NCBI GenBank assembly: GCA_040754075.1
Contig: JBFMDH010000002.1
Coordinates: 326,221-390,220 of the forward strand
Source of the DNA: Acidobacteriota bacterium
Lineage (GTDB): Bacteria; Acidobacteriota; Blastocatellia; UBA7656
DNA: 64,000 bases
Direction of reading: 5' to 3'
Shown: positions 30,283 to 39,651 of the stretch, piece by piece
How the letters are laid out: every line of letters starts with the position of its first letter
Numbering within the stretch: the stretch's first letter is position 1
Notes under the pieces: model-generated
Told to the model about the DNA's origin: nothing
Database searches by the model: none
The model's input: the letters and a program-made list of their open reading frames with translations, nothing else
Position numbers and translations under genes: made by a program

Positions 30283-30831
30283 ATGTTCAAAGGTTTATTC
30301 GACAATCAAACCGCCAAAGAGATTCAACAACAAGAGCGCGAATATCTTGACAATCAAAAACGCGAAGACCTCACGCGCCGCGCCGCGCAATTTGATTTAA
30401 GCGCGCTTGATGAAGCGCGCGGCAATGCCAATCGTTATCAGGAAATTTTAGATACTCTCATCGAACAAATTTTTGCGAGTCAGGAAAAATTAGAGGCGCT
30501 CGTCAGCCACATTTCAAAAAGCCGTGAACTTCGCGCCTCTCAACGGCTTGCTGAAATCGTAATGGAACAGTTTAAAAATTCACCAAACACAAAAAACTTG
30601 ACGCAGATGTTACACATTGCCGCGCTTGCCGATGATGCGGCAGTTTTCGGAAAAAGTATTGAACTCGCGGTAGATTTTTGGAAAAAAGGATTGCTGCCGA
30701 AATTATCTGCAAAAAAATTGCTCACTCTGATGCAGAGCGAGTATTGGTTGCTCTCGTCAACTGCGAAACGTTCAGGCGATGGGTTTGGTTTAAAAACCCG
30801 CCTCGGTGAACTTCGCAATCAGTTGACCTGA
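30283..30831 (+). CDS. hypothetical protein (182 aa), precedes flotillin-like gene
   Basis: ORF with coding composition and no recognised family. Confidence 0.4.
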   Translation: MFKGLFDNQTAKEIQQQEREYLDNQKREDLTRRAAQFDLSALDEARGNANRYQEILDTLIEQIFASQEKLEALVSHISKSRELRASQRLAEIVMEQFKNSPNTKNLTQMLHIAALADDAAVFGKSIELAVDFWKKGLLPKLSAKKLLTLMQSEYWLLSSTAKRSGDGFGLKTRLGELRNQLT

Positions 30832-30898
30832 TGTAACCTCAGTCAACCCGGATTGAAAATGCCGCAATCCGTTTTGTGAGATTGCGGAGACGAAAAGG

Positions 30899-33103
30899 AT
30901 GCTTATGAGAAACTTTGATTTTGCTGCTTATGTGCCACTGGCGATTTTAGGATTTATCGCTTTTCTGTTTCTGGTGTTTATCCTGCGACGATTCTTCGTC
31001 AACGTCGGGGCGCGTGAAATCGCCGTTAAAGAACGTCGCTATTTCGGCGCGAAAATGCCGCCGGGTCGCGTCATCGCTACCGAAGGCGAAGTCGGTATTC
31101 AAGCCGATGTTTTAAAACCCGGACTGCATTTAATCAAATGGCCTTTTGAACGAGTAGTGCAGAAATTCCCGTTGATAGAAATTGGCCCCGACGAAATCGG
31201 CGTCGTTGAAGCGATTGACGGCGAACCGATGCCGCCCGGCAGAATCTTTGCGCCCGACCGCGCGCAAAACGCTCATAACAATTTCCAGGACCCCATCGCC
31301 TTTATTAAACAAGGCGGCGTAAAAGGCATACAACTTCGCACTCTGCCGCCGGGATTGTGGCCGATTCACCCTTACCTATTCCGTGTGTCGCTCAACAAAA
31401 TGACGGTGATTCCGCAAGGCAAGGTCGGCGTGGTTTACGCCGCAGACGGGGCACCGCTTGATGCCGGACGGCTTTGCGCCAAAGCCATTGACGGGCACCG
31501 TAATTTCCAGGATGCCGAACAGTTCATCGCTTCGGGTGGTCAAAAAGGGCCACAGGTTGAAATCCTCACGCCCGGAACCTATCGCATTCTGACAGAATCA
31601 ATCCCGCTCGGCGGCGGACAGGAACGCAAACCCGGATTGCTTTCGGTGCGGTTGTATGATGCGACGATTATCAATGAGAATCAGGTCGGTTTGGTTGAAG
31701 CCCTGGACGGCGCACCGCTTGACCCGCGCGATTATGTTGCCACGCCCGTCGAAGGTCACGACAATTTTAATGACGGTAATGAATTCATTCGGCGCGGCGG
31801 TCAACGCGGACCACAAAAAGACATCCTTCTTCCGGGTACTTATTACATCAATCCGTTGCTTTTCAAAGTGATTCCCGAAAAAGCCGGAGAGGTGAAACCC
31901 GGCGAAGTCGCGGTGATTGTTTCAAACGTTGGCAAAGACCCCTCGGATGAAGTGCGTCGTCGGATGGCTGAAAAAGTCCGCGAACGATTGGAACGCGAAG
32001 AGCAGGAGCAGATTGATAAAGCGGCTGCCCATCTCGACAAATTAGATGGGGACGCGGCGCGAACCGTTGAAGAGATCAAAGAAGAGTTGATGAAAGGCGA
32101 CCCTGCCGATCAACGCCTTGATGAAGGCGCGCACGAAGCCTACGTTGTGCCCGAAGGTTATCGCGGTATTCAGGAAACCGTCGTCGGCCCGGGTCGTTAC
32201 TATGTCAACACGCTTGCCGTATCGCCGATTATCATTCCCACGACGAACCAGACTGTGGAATGGACAGCGGGCGAAATCGCCAGTTCTTTCGACCCCTTTG
32301 AAGTCATCTCGAAAGACGGTTTCACCATGCAACTTGAAGTTCGCGTGGTGTTTCGCGTCAAACCCGAAGACGCGCCGTTTATGGTGGCGAAAATCGGTTC
32401 GATTGACCGCTTGATTCAAAACGTCATGCATCCGTTGATTGACTCGATTTTCCGCAATCAGGCGTCGGAAAGCTCGGCGATGGCTTACCTGCAAAACCGT
32501 CACGAAGAACAGGAACGCGCCGAAGCCCGTGTGCGAACCCATTTGCTCAAATATCATGTTGATGTAGTGAATGTTTTGATCTGTCACATACGTCTGCCGG
32601 AAGAGTTGATGAAAACGCAGACCGAAAAAATTCTCGCAGAACAGCGACAGACCATGTACAACGCTCAGCGCGAAGCCGAAGAGAAACGCATTCAGTTGGA
32701 AAAAACCAAAGCCCACGCCGACAATCAAAAGAATTTGATGGAGGCGACAGTTGGTGTGGAAATCGCCAGCAAACGTTCCGAACAACGCAAAGCCGAAGCC
32801 GACGGTGAAGCGCACTACATTCTTTCAACCGGTAAAGCCGAAGCCGAAAAAGTTCGCTTGATGGGCGAAGCGCAGGGTGTGGCGTATGCCGAACAGGTGA
32901 ATGCCATCGGACCGCAAGGCATTGCCTTGATTGAGACTTTGAAAGTCATCGGTGAAAAAGGCGTTCGCATCACCCCGGATGTAATGGCATCGGGCGGAAC
33001 GGGCGATAGCGGCAGCAACCTTGGAACATTGTTATTGTTGAACCTTTTCAAAAACCAGATGAATTTTGAAAACGGTTCCGGCAATGGCAATAAAAACAAG
33101 TAA
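30899..33103 (+). CDS. SPFH/band-7 (flotillin-like) membrane protein with triplicated ~100-aa N-terminal repeat and C-terminal coiled coil
   Basis: N-terminal TM, three repeats sharing DGxPxxxGR...HxNFQD...FIxxGGxxGxQ...LxPGxY, and a C-terminal SPFH-like region followed by an EA-rich coiled coil (flotillin-type). Confidence 0.6.
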   Translation: MLMRNFDFAAYVPLAILGFIAFLFLVFILRRFFVNVGAREIAVKERRYFGAKMPPGRVIATEGEVGIQADVLKPGLHLIKWPFERVVQKFPLIEIGPDEIGVVEAIDGEPMPPGRIFAPDRAQNAHNNFQDPIAFIKQGGVKGIQLRTLPPGLWPIHPYLFRVSLNKMTVIPQGKVGVVYAADGAPLDAGRLCAKAIDGHRNFQDAEQFIASGGQKGPQVEILTPGTYRILTESIPLGGGQERKPGLLSVRLYDATIINENQVGLVEALDGAPLDPRDYVATPVEGHDNFNDGNEFIRRGGQRGPQKDILLPGTYYINPLLFKVIPEKAGEVKPGEVAVIVSNVGKDPSDEVRRRMAEKVRERLEREEQEQIDKAAAHLDKLDGDAARTVEEIKEELMKGDPADQRLDEGAHEAYVVPEGYRGIQETVVGPGRYYVNTLAVSPIIIPTTNQTVEWTAGEIASSFDPFEVISKDGFTMQLEVRVVFRVKPEDAPFMVAKIGSIDRLIQNVMHPLIDSIFRNQASESSAMAYLQNRHEEQERAEARVRTHLLKYHVDVVNVLICHIRLPEELMKTQTEKILAEQRQTMYNAQREAEEKRIQLEKTKAHADNQKNLMEATVGVEIASKRSEQRKAEADGEAHYILSTGKAEAEKVRLMGEAQGVAYAEQVNAIGPQGIALIETLKVIGEKGVRITPDVMASGGTGDSGSNLGTLLLLNLFKNQMNFENGSGNGNKNK

Positions 33104-33183
33104 GGTTCAAGCTAACTGATAGAAAAATTTATATGCACAGATTCATTTTAATCTGTGCATATTTTTTGCGGAAAGGAATCAAA

Positions 33184-33426
33184 ATGGAAGCCATCAAACA
33201 TAAAGTTAGAATCCCTGCTGACAAACAAATCAAAATTCGCCTTCCCGATTATGTACTTGTCGATGAAGAGGCAGAAGTTATTGTACTTTTTAAGTCCGCG
33301 TCATCTAACCAGAGTAAAAAAGTTTCGCAGATGCAAGAGGCTGTTAATGATCCACTATTTCTGGCTGATTTAAATACTGTGATGGAAGATTTCAAATATG
33401 CCGATAACCTTGGAGAAGATTTATGA
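33184..33426 (+). CDS. MazE/AbrB-like antitoxin candidate (track start 33133)
   Basis: Small ORF (MEAIKHKVRIPADKQIKIRLPDYVLVDEE...) overlaps the downstream MazF-like ORF by 4 nt (ATGA) and lies in an AT-rich islet. Confidence 0.45.
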   Translation: MEAIKHKVRIPADKQIKIRLPDYVLVDEEAEVIVLFKSASSNQSKKVSQMQEAVNDPLFLADLNTVMEDFKYADNLGEDL

Positions 33427-33614
33427 AGGTTTCGCAATGGAGCGTTTGGCTTGCTAACCTTGACCCTGTTGTTGGTTCGGAGCAAGGGAAGACACGCCCT
33501 GTTTTAATTATCAGCGATACGGATTTGAATAATATTTTGCCTGTGGTCAATGTCCTACCTATCACTGGATGCTGTACGGTTCCAATTTGGAATCGCTTAA
33601 TGATTAAGTATTGA
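33423..33614 (+). pseudogene. truncated MazF/PemK-family toxin remnant (first ~48 aa only)
   Basis: MKVSQWSVWLANLDPVVGSEQGKTRPVLIISDTDLNNILPVVNVLPITG matches the MazF N-terminal half. The ORF then diverges and stops, and no C-terminal half appears in any frame. Confidence 0.6.
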
Positions 33615-33710
33615 ATCGCCTACCTGCCTCGCCTATACTGGCTGAGCCTGTCTGTCTGCAAAATCGCCCCGCAACTTTAATCATCCTTTTCGGAAATTCA
33701 CCGGGCGTTA

Positions 33711-34586
33711 ATGGAATCGAAACCTCTCAGAATTATCGCGCCGCTTGCGGTTTTATTGCTGTTTTACTGGGCGATTTATGTCGCGCCGCTCATGACTGGC
33801 AAAGATTCAGCGATTTTGAATGCCGAACAGGCGCATGAAATTTTTGACGAGAGCCGTTTCCAACTTCATGAAAAAAAATATCAGGAAGCGCTGGAACTCA
33901 CTGAGCGATTGAATAAAGCCTTTCCGCAAAATCATATCTATCTGGAACAACTGGCAACCATTCATCATTACCTGGGCAATTTCAAAGAAGAAGCTGACGC
34001 CTGGGAACGCTATATGCTCTATTCACCGACTCCCCTGGATGCCTGCCCGCAATTTGGCGAAGCTTACCGCGCCCTCAACCGGATTCCTGAAATGTTTGAG
34101 GCTTGTAAAAAATGCTATGAGTTAGACCCGCGTAACACTTACTCGATTTTCTTCCTGGCGCTTTCCTATGAACGGCTCGGGCAGCTTGAAAAAGCCCAAG
34201 AACTTTATGAAAAAGGCGTGGAAATATATCCGATTTACCCGGATTTGCGCATCGGTCTTACGCGCATCCATATACGCCTTGGCAACCTGGCGCAAGCGCG
34301 CGCGATCATCACCAAAGTCTATGAAGAATATCCCGACAATGTTGATGGATTATTGGCGATGGGGGTATTGCTGAGAGCCGAAGGTCGCGCCGGTGAAGCG
34401 AAAATGTTTCTTGAACGCGGCGTCGAGCTTTCACCCCGCTACACCGATTTTTACATCGTGCTGGCGGGGATTGCCGAAAGCGAAGGCAACCGCGAGGATG
34501 CCGTGGCTTATTACGATAAGGTTCTGGAACTTGCCCCCGATAATCCTGATATTGAAAGCAAACGCAAGCGATTGCTGGGAGGCTAG
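33711..34586 (+). CDS. TPR-repeat protein with N-terminal TM/signal segment
   Basis: Multiple 34-aa TPR units (AxxxYxxLG...A) and an N-terminal hydrophobic segment. Confidence 0.65.
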   Translation: MESKPLRIIAPLAVLLLFYWAIYVAPLMTGKDSAILNAEQAHEIFDESRFQLHEKKYQEALELTERLNKAFPQNHIYLEQLATIHHYLGNFKEEADAWERYMLYSPTPLDACPQFGEAYRALNRIPEMFEACKKCYELDPRNTYSIFFLALSYERLGQLEKAQELYEKGVEIYPIYPDLRIGLTRIHIRLGNLAQARAIITKVYEEYPDNVDGLLAMGVLLRAEGRAGEAKMFLERGVELSPRYTDFYIVLAGIAESEGNREDAVAYYDKVLELAPDNPDIESKRKRLLGG

Positions 34587-34588
34587 GG

Positions 34589-37102
34589 GTGTTCATACAA
34601 AAAGCTATCAGTTATGGTTCACGCCTGCTTTTTCTCGGCTTTTTTGTGTTGACCTCGGTTTATTGCCTGCTCGCCTATATTCCGTTTGCCTACTTTCAAT
34701 TTTTAAAATTCAATCACCTTGCCACGCTTACGGCTTTCGTTAAATTTCATCCGCTTATTTTCTGGGCAGTCGTGGTGGTTATTTTCCTAGGACTTCGCGA
34801 AGCCTTGCGTGCCGAGAAAACCCGTAACCTGACGCGCTTGCTTTTGGGCTTTCTCGTATTGACGGGTGTCGCGCTCAGCCTTCATCCGGCGCTTGCCAAT
34901 ATTCAAAACAACTTTGCGAGTTTCGTTTTCAGCATCCTTGCGTTAATTCCGGTTTTATTGCTCATCCTGATTGATTGGAAAACCCACATTGAAAAAGTTG
35001 AATGGACGAAAACCGATTTTAGCGAAGACCGGCGTATCTTTTTTGCGACCGTCTGCACTGCGCTTTTTGTCGCGCTGCTCTATACAACGATTTTCACTAT
35101 CCGGCAGGGGCAACAATCCGGCGGTTTGACAAAAAACGAACTGATGATTGCCGCAAGTTGGAGTCTGGTCTCGCACCTGTTGCTGTTTACCGCGCTGTTT
35201 GTGGCATTCAATTTCATTCGCGCCATCGCCCGATTATCCGAAAAGCCTGCCAAGACCGAATTTTTGATGTGCAATTTGCTCGGCATGTTGATGATGGCGT
35301 ATTCACTGAGAACCGTCGCGCTTGCCGGTATCTCGTTTTATGGTTTGCTCGCCAGCCTTTATTCTTACGTTGCGAGTTTCACTATCGTCGGCTTCATTGC
35401 CAGCCTCAGTTTACGCTTGTACAAACCCGAAGCCGGCGAAGTGCGTAGCGGGCTTGCATTCGCTTTGCTGCCATTTACTCTTGGACGCATTCATTCACCC
35501 ATCGCTCGCGCCATCTGGGTCGTTACGCTCATGGTTGTCGCCTATTTGCTTGCTGTTCAAGTTGCGTTATTTGACTGGAATTTTCTCGCGCAAAAACTCA
35601 CTGTCAACCTGATGTGGGTGGTGATATTCGCGTTCTTTTACGCAGTCACCAGGCGGTCATACAATAAACGCGATTTGACCTACGTTTTACTGGTGGTTGC
35701 CGCACTCAGTCTGGGATTTTATAAAGGCTTGAACCGGGCGCAGACGCAACTACCGGCGCTGACGAAAAACGCCAATCTCGATGTGCGCTCAACCCTTGAA
35801 CGCTATGCCGGTCAGGACATTTCGTTTCGCCTGATCAACGAAATCCTTACCCCGGTGCGCGATGACGGTTCATTCTTTCGGTTTCTGCAAAAAAATACCA
35901 ACATCCCGCAAGCCACCAGAGTTGACCCGGTGGATATAAAACTGGTTTCGGATTTGCAGGCGACGAAACATAAAAAGCCGAATATCTTTATCTTCACCAT
36001 TGACAGTCTGAGACAGGATTATCTATCCGCCTACAATGCGAAAGTGAATTTCACGCCGTCGCTTGATGCCTTTGCCAGAGAGAGCATCGTGATGGAAAAC
36101 GCTTTTACGCATTACGGCGCGACAGGGCTTTCGGAACCGTCAATCTGGGTTGGCGGAATGAGTGTGCATAAACAATATGTCACGCCGTTTCATCCGATGA
36201 ATACTTTACAGAAATTGATTGAGTCGGAAGGCTATCAAGCCTATATCAGCATGGATACGATTCTTTCCGTAGTCGTCAAACCTGAGCCGTATATCGAAGA
36301 GTTGAATGATGAAGAGAGCGGCAGAGAATATGAACTATGTGGCTGTTTAAAAAGTTTGCAAACCAAAATCGAAGCGCGAGCCGACACCGCCAATCCGCTT
36401 TTCGTTTATACCCAGCCGCAAAATATTCATGTTTCGGTGATTAACCGGCAAGGGCAATCCATTGTCGAAGCCGGAGATTACACAGGATTTTATGCGCCGT
36501 ATGCTTCACGGGTTAAAAAAATCGACAGATGTTTCGGCGAATTTGTGGAGTTTCTCAAACGTAAAGAGATGTATGACAACAGCGTGATTGTGTTTACCTC
36601 AGACCACGGCGATTCGCTCGGCGAAAATGGACGCTGGGGACATGCCTATACGATTTATCCCGAAATTATTCGCATTCCGCTCATCATTCATCTGCCGCCG
36701 CATTTACAAAAAGGGCTGGTTTGGAATACGCAAACCCTGGCTTTTTCAACAGACATCACCCCGAGTCTGTATTACCTGTTCGGACATCGGAACTTGATGA
36801 ATCATCCGATGTTCGGCAGACCGTTGTTTACCGAAAGCGAAGAGGAACAGTCGGCTTACTTACAGCCCTGGTATTTGATTAGTTCGAGCTATGGCGCGGT
36901 CTATGGCATTTTGAGCAACAACGGTCGGTCGCTCTATATCAGCGATGCGGTGAATTACGCCGATTACTTTTACGATTTGGAACACGACCCGGCGGGCACA
37001 CACAATCAAACGAACTCGTTTATTAAAATGGAAAATGAAAAATTGATTCGTGAAGGCATTGAAAAGATTAACGAAATGTATCGCTTTAACCCCGCTGAGT
37101 GA
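34589..37102 (+). CDS. polytopic membrane protein with C-terminal sulfatase/alkaline-phosphatase-superfamily domain (LtaS/EptA/BcsG-like phospho-transferase)
   Basis: About 430 aa of multiple TM helices, then NIFIFTIDSLRQDY... and TSDHGDSLGENGRWGH, which are metal-binding motifs of the sulfatase family. First gene of the putative EPS locus. Confidence 0.7.
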   Translation: MFIQKAISYGSRLLFLGFFVLTSVYCLLAYIPFAYFQFLKFNHLATLTAFVKFHPLIFWAVVVVIFLGLREALRAEKTRNLTRLLLGFLVLTGVALSLHPALANIQNNFASFVFSILALIPVLLLILIDWKTHIEKVEWTKTDFSEDRRIFFATVCTALFVALLYTTIFTIRQGQQSGGLTKNELMIAASWSLVSHLLLFTALFVAFNFIRAIARLSEKPAKTEFLMCNLLGMLMMAYSLRTVALAGISFYGLLASLYSYVASFTIVGFIASLSLRLYKPEAGEVRSGLAFALLPFTLGRIHSPIARAIWVVTLMVVAYLLAVQVALFDWNFLAQKLTVNLMWVVIFAFFYAVTRRSYNKRDLTYVLLVVAALSLGFYKGLNRAQTQLPALTKNANLDVRSTLERYAGQDISFRLINEILTPVRDDGSFFRFLQKNTNIPQATRVDPVDIKLVSDLQATKHKKPNIFIFTIDSLRQDYLSAYNAKVNFTPSLDAFARESIVMENAFTHYGATGLSEPSIWVGGMSVHKQYVTPFHPMNTLQKLIESEGYQAYISMDTILSVVVKPEPYIEELNDEESGREYELCGCLKSLQTKIEARADTANPLFVYTQPQNIHVSVINRQGQSIVEAGDYTGFYAPYASRVKKIDRCFGEFVEFLKRKEMYDNSVIVFTSDHGDSLGENGRWGHAYTIYPEIIRIPLIIHLPPHLQKGLVWNTQTLAFSTDITPSLYYLFGHRNLMNHPMFGRPLFTESEEEQSAYLQPWYLISSSYGAVYGILSNNGRSLYISDAVNYADYFYDLEHDPAGTHNQTNSFIKMENEKLIREGIEKINEMYRFNPAE

Positions 37103-37293
37103 CGCTAAAAATTTGTATTGTAACCTGTTAAGGGGAGCCTTAAAATCTAGAAGCTTTTGTCAGGGCGCAAATTATAAATATAAATTCAGTTACCAAGCTA
37201 CAGCGTATTTGCCTCAGACTTCCTGAATGCCCCTCATCCTGAAAGGCTGTCATGCTGCCTGTTTTTGGGTTCAATCTTTGTGAGTATTTGTCT

Positions 37294-38526
37294 ATGGTTC
37301 GTCAGCTTTATCCCTTCTTTAAAATGCTGGCAATTATTATTTGTCTGGCGATTCCGGTTTTTTCACAAGCGGAAAGCTTGGATGACCTCTATGCGAAAGC
37401 CCGCGATTTAGCTTTCGATGGCAAACGTCAGGAGGCAAAAACGCTTTGCGCGACAATCCTTGAACGAAATCCCAATTACCACGATGCGCGTTTATTGCTT
37501 GGACGGCTGCACCTGTGGGACTGGGAGTATGAATCTGCAAGAGCGGAATTAACCCGGGTGGTTACCTTAAAGCCCGCGTATGCGGATGCGCGCGATGCCT
37601 TGATCGATGTGGAGTTGTGGTCGGAACATAATCAGGAGGCGCTCCAGCTTTGTGAAGCAGGACTTCAACTGGACGCCAACAATAAAATTTTTTATTACAA
37701 AAAAGCCAAAGCTTTAAAATATTTGAAACGCGAAAAGGAAGCTATTGAATCGGTAAAAATTGCCTTGCAGCTTGAACCGGAATATCGCGAAGCCCGGATT
37801 TTGCTGAAAGATTTGCAGGAGTCGCAGAAAGCCTACTGGGTAAAAGCCGAATACTCCTATGATTATTTCGATAAAAATTTAGACCCCTGGCAACAACTGT
37901 CCGTGAGCGTTTCCCGACAGACAAAAATCGGTTCGATGATTGGTCGTGTCAATCATGCCAAACGCTTCAATGACCATGCGACGCAATTTGAAATCGATTC
38001 CTATCCGCGCCTCCGGCAGGGAACCACGGCTTACTGGAACGTTGGCGTGTCGTCGTCTTACGCCTTTCCAAAATTCAGGTTCGGAGCAGAGGTTTATCAG
38101 AAACTCTCGGATGGGTTTGATAGTTCAATCGGCGTTCGTTACCTGCATTTTACCGGCGCGAACATCATGATTTACACAGGGTCTATCGGCAAATATCACG
38201 GCAACTACCTATTTCAATTTCACCCGTTCATTACGCCGAGTTCCATCGGTTCTTCGGTGTCGGGAAATTTCAGCGTCCGCCGCTATCTTGAAAACGCCGA
38301 TAACTATTTCACCGTATCGGTTGGCTTGGGTTCGTCGCCGGATGAACGCTATAACGCGCTGGAATTGATTCGTTTGAAATCGCAGAAACTCGGCGTGGAT
38401 TGGCGCAAAGCCGTAGGCGCTGGGTTGATTGTCGAAGGTTATTTCGGATTATCGAATCAGCAATTGAAGTATGGAGAGAGCCGCAGAAATTACACTTTCA
38501 GTTTTGCAATGGCAAAAAGATTTTAA
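37294..38526 (+). CDS. outer-membrane protein: signal peptide + TPR repeats + C-terminal YaiO-type beta-barrel (short PgaA-like porin); track start 37252
   Basis: Signal peptide MLAIIICLAIPVFSQAES and TPR units in the N-terminal half. The C-terminal half shows an amphipathic beta-strand pattern with a terminal aromatic residue (AMAKRF). Confidence 0.65.
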   Translation: MVRQLYPFFKMLAIIICLAIPVFSQAESLDDLYAKARDLAFDGKRQEAKTLCATILERNPNYHDARLLLGRLHLWDWEYESARAELTRVVTLKPAYADARDALIDVELWSEHNQEALQLCEAGLQLDANNKIFYYKKAKALKYLKREKEAIESVKIALQLEPEYREARILLKDLQESQKAYWVKAEYSYDYFDKNLDPWQQLSVSVSRQTKIGSMIGRVNHAKRFNDHATQFEIDSYPRLRQGTTAYWNVGVSSSYAFPKFRFGAEVYQKLSDGFDSSIGVRYLHFTGANIMIYTGSIGKYHGNYLFQFHPFITPSSIGSSVSGNFSVRRYLENADNYFTVSVGLGSSPDERYNALELIRLKSQKLGVDWRKAVGAGLIVEGYFGLSNQQLKYGESRRNYTFSFAMAKRF

Positions 38527-38545
38527 GATGTGACTAAAAATAAAT

Positions 38546-39616
38546 GTGTCGAGGTTGGACAAAAATACAGAAGAAAGTTTTGTAGTCAAGATGGGTTTAT
38601 GGAGAGAGACAACTCAGGAGCTTGGTACAGAACCGGAAAAAGAAGAGCTGGAGAATCAGGAGAAAGGAATGCTTTGGGGAGATACAGCGTCAAAACCTGA
38701 TATATCATCCGGGCAATTTGAAATTACGGTAAACGGCGAGAGCCATGCAACCATCGCGTTTGCGACAACCGAACCGGTTGCTGACCTCATCGTTCATCTT
38801 CCCGTCGAAGTTTTTGAAACCCCTGCCGAAATTTTATCCGTGCTTGCGGGCAAAAGAATGGCGGTCATCGGTTTTGAAAATTCCGAAGCGGACAAAATTT
38901 TAAAAACCTTTACGCCTACGCAAATTTCTTCAACCGTTCTGGAGTGGGCAGAGGTGTTGCCGCAATCGGAATCGCTGCGCCAACACGATGCGTTTGTCTT
39001 GAATTTTCCCAGCAAAAATAATGATGCCGTATGGTTGAAACTGAGCGATTTATCGAGGGTGAAAAAGCCGATTATCTGCATCGGACACGCCGCGCTGCTT
39101 TTGCAACGGGCGCATAAAATCAGAGACTATGTGAGCGAATTTTTAATCACCCCGGTGCGCGAAGAAGAATTGTTGCTGCGCCTTTACAATGCCCTGTCAG
39201 CCGTTGTCACTGAAACTGCGGGTCAAACGGTTGCGAAAAATGCAACGGTTAAAGTTGTACTCGCCGATGATGACCCGACGACGGTTACGCTGGTTTCAAC
39301 GATTTTAAGAAAATACGACATCGAATGTCACATCGCGCAAAACGGGCAGGAGGTGGTTGATTTGTGTAAAGCCGTGCAACCCGACGCCGCCATCTTTGAC
39401 ATCAGTTTGCCGTACATTGATGGGTTTGAAGTTTTGAAATTATTGAAAAATGATGCAACAACCTTTGAAATTCCGGTCATCTTGTTGACCGCGCGAAAAC
39501 AGGAAACCGATATTATGCGAGCTTTTGCTTTGGGTACGGAAGATTACATTACCAAACCATTCAATCCGATGGAACTCATTGCCCGACTCAAACGACTGTT
39601 AAAACTGCCTGCATAA
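38546..39616 (+). CDS. response regulator: degenerate receiver-like domain + C-terminal canonical REC domain, no output domain
   Basis: The C-terminal section has a REC Asp pocket (ADDDP...D in IFDISLPYIDG...T...K in ITKPF). The preceding domain has a REC-like topology but lacks the acidic residues. Confidence 0.65.
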   Translation: MSRLDKNTEESFVVKMGLWRETTQELGTEPEKEELENQEKGMLWGDTASKPDISSGQFEITVNGESHATIAFATTEPVADLIVHLPVEVFETPAEILSVLAGKRMAVIGFENSEADKILKTFTPTQISSTVLEWAEVLPQSESLRQHDAFVLNFPSKNNDAVWLKLSDLSRVKKPIICIGHAALLLQRAHKIRDYVSEFLITPVREEELLLRLYNALSAVVTETAGQTVAKNATVKVVLADDDPTTVTLVSTILRKYDIECHIAQNGQEVVDLCKAVQPDAAIFDISLPYIDGFEVLKLLKNDATTFEIPVILLTARKQETDIMRAFALGTEDYITKPFNPMELIARLKRLLKLPA

Positions 39617-39651
39617 GCGAATGTTATTTTTGCCATTATCGACTGACTGAT

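Noticed and set aside
33611-33838. 75-aa ORF after the MazF remnant
   Set aside because: It overlaps the start of the TPR protein gene in another frame and lies in a composition transition zone. It is likely spurious.
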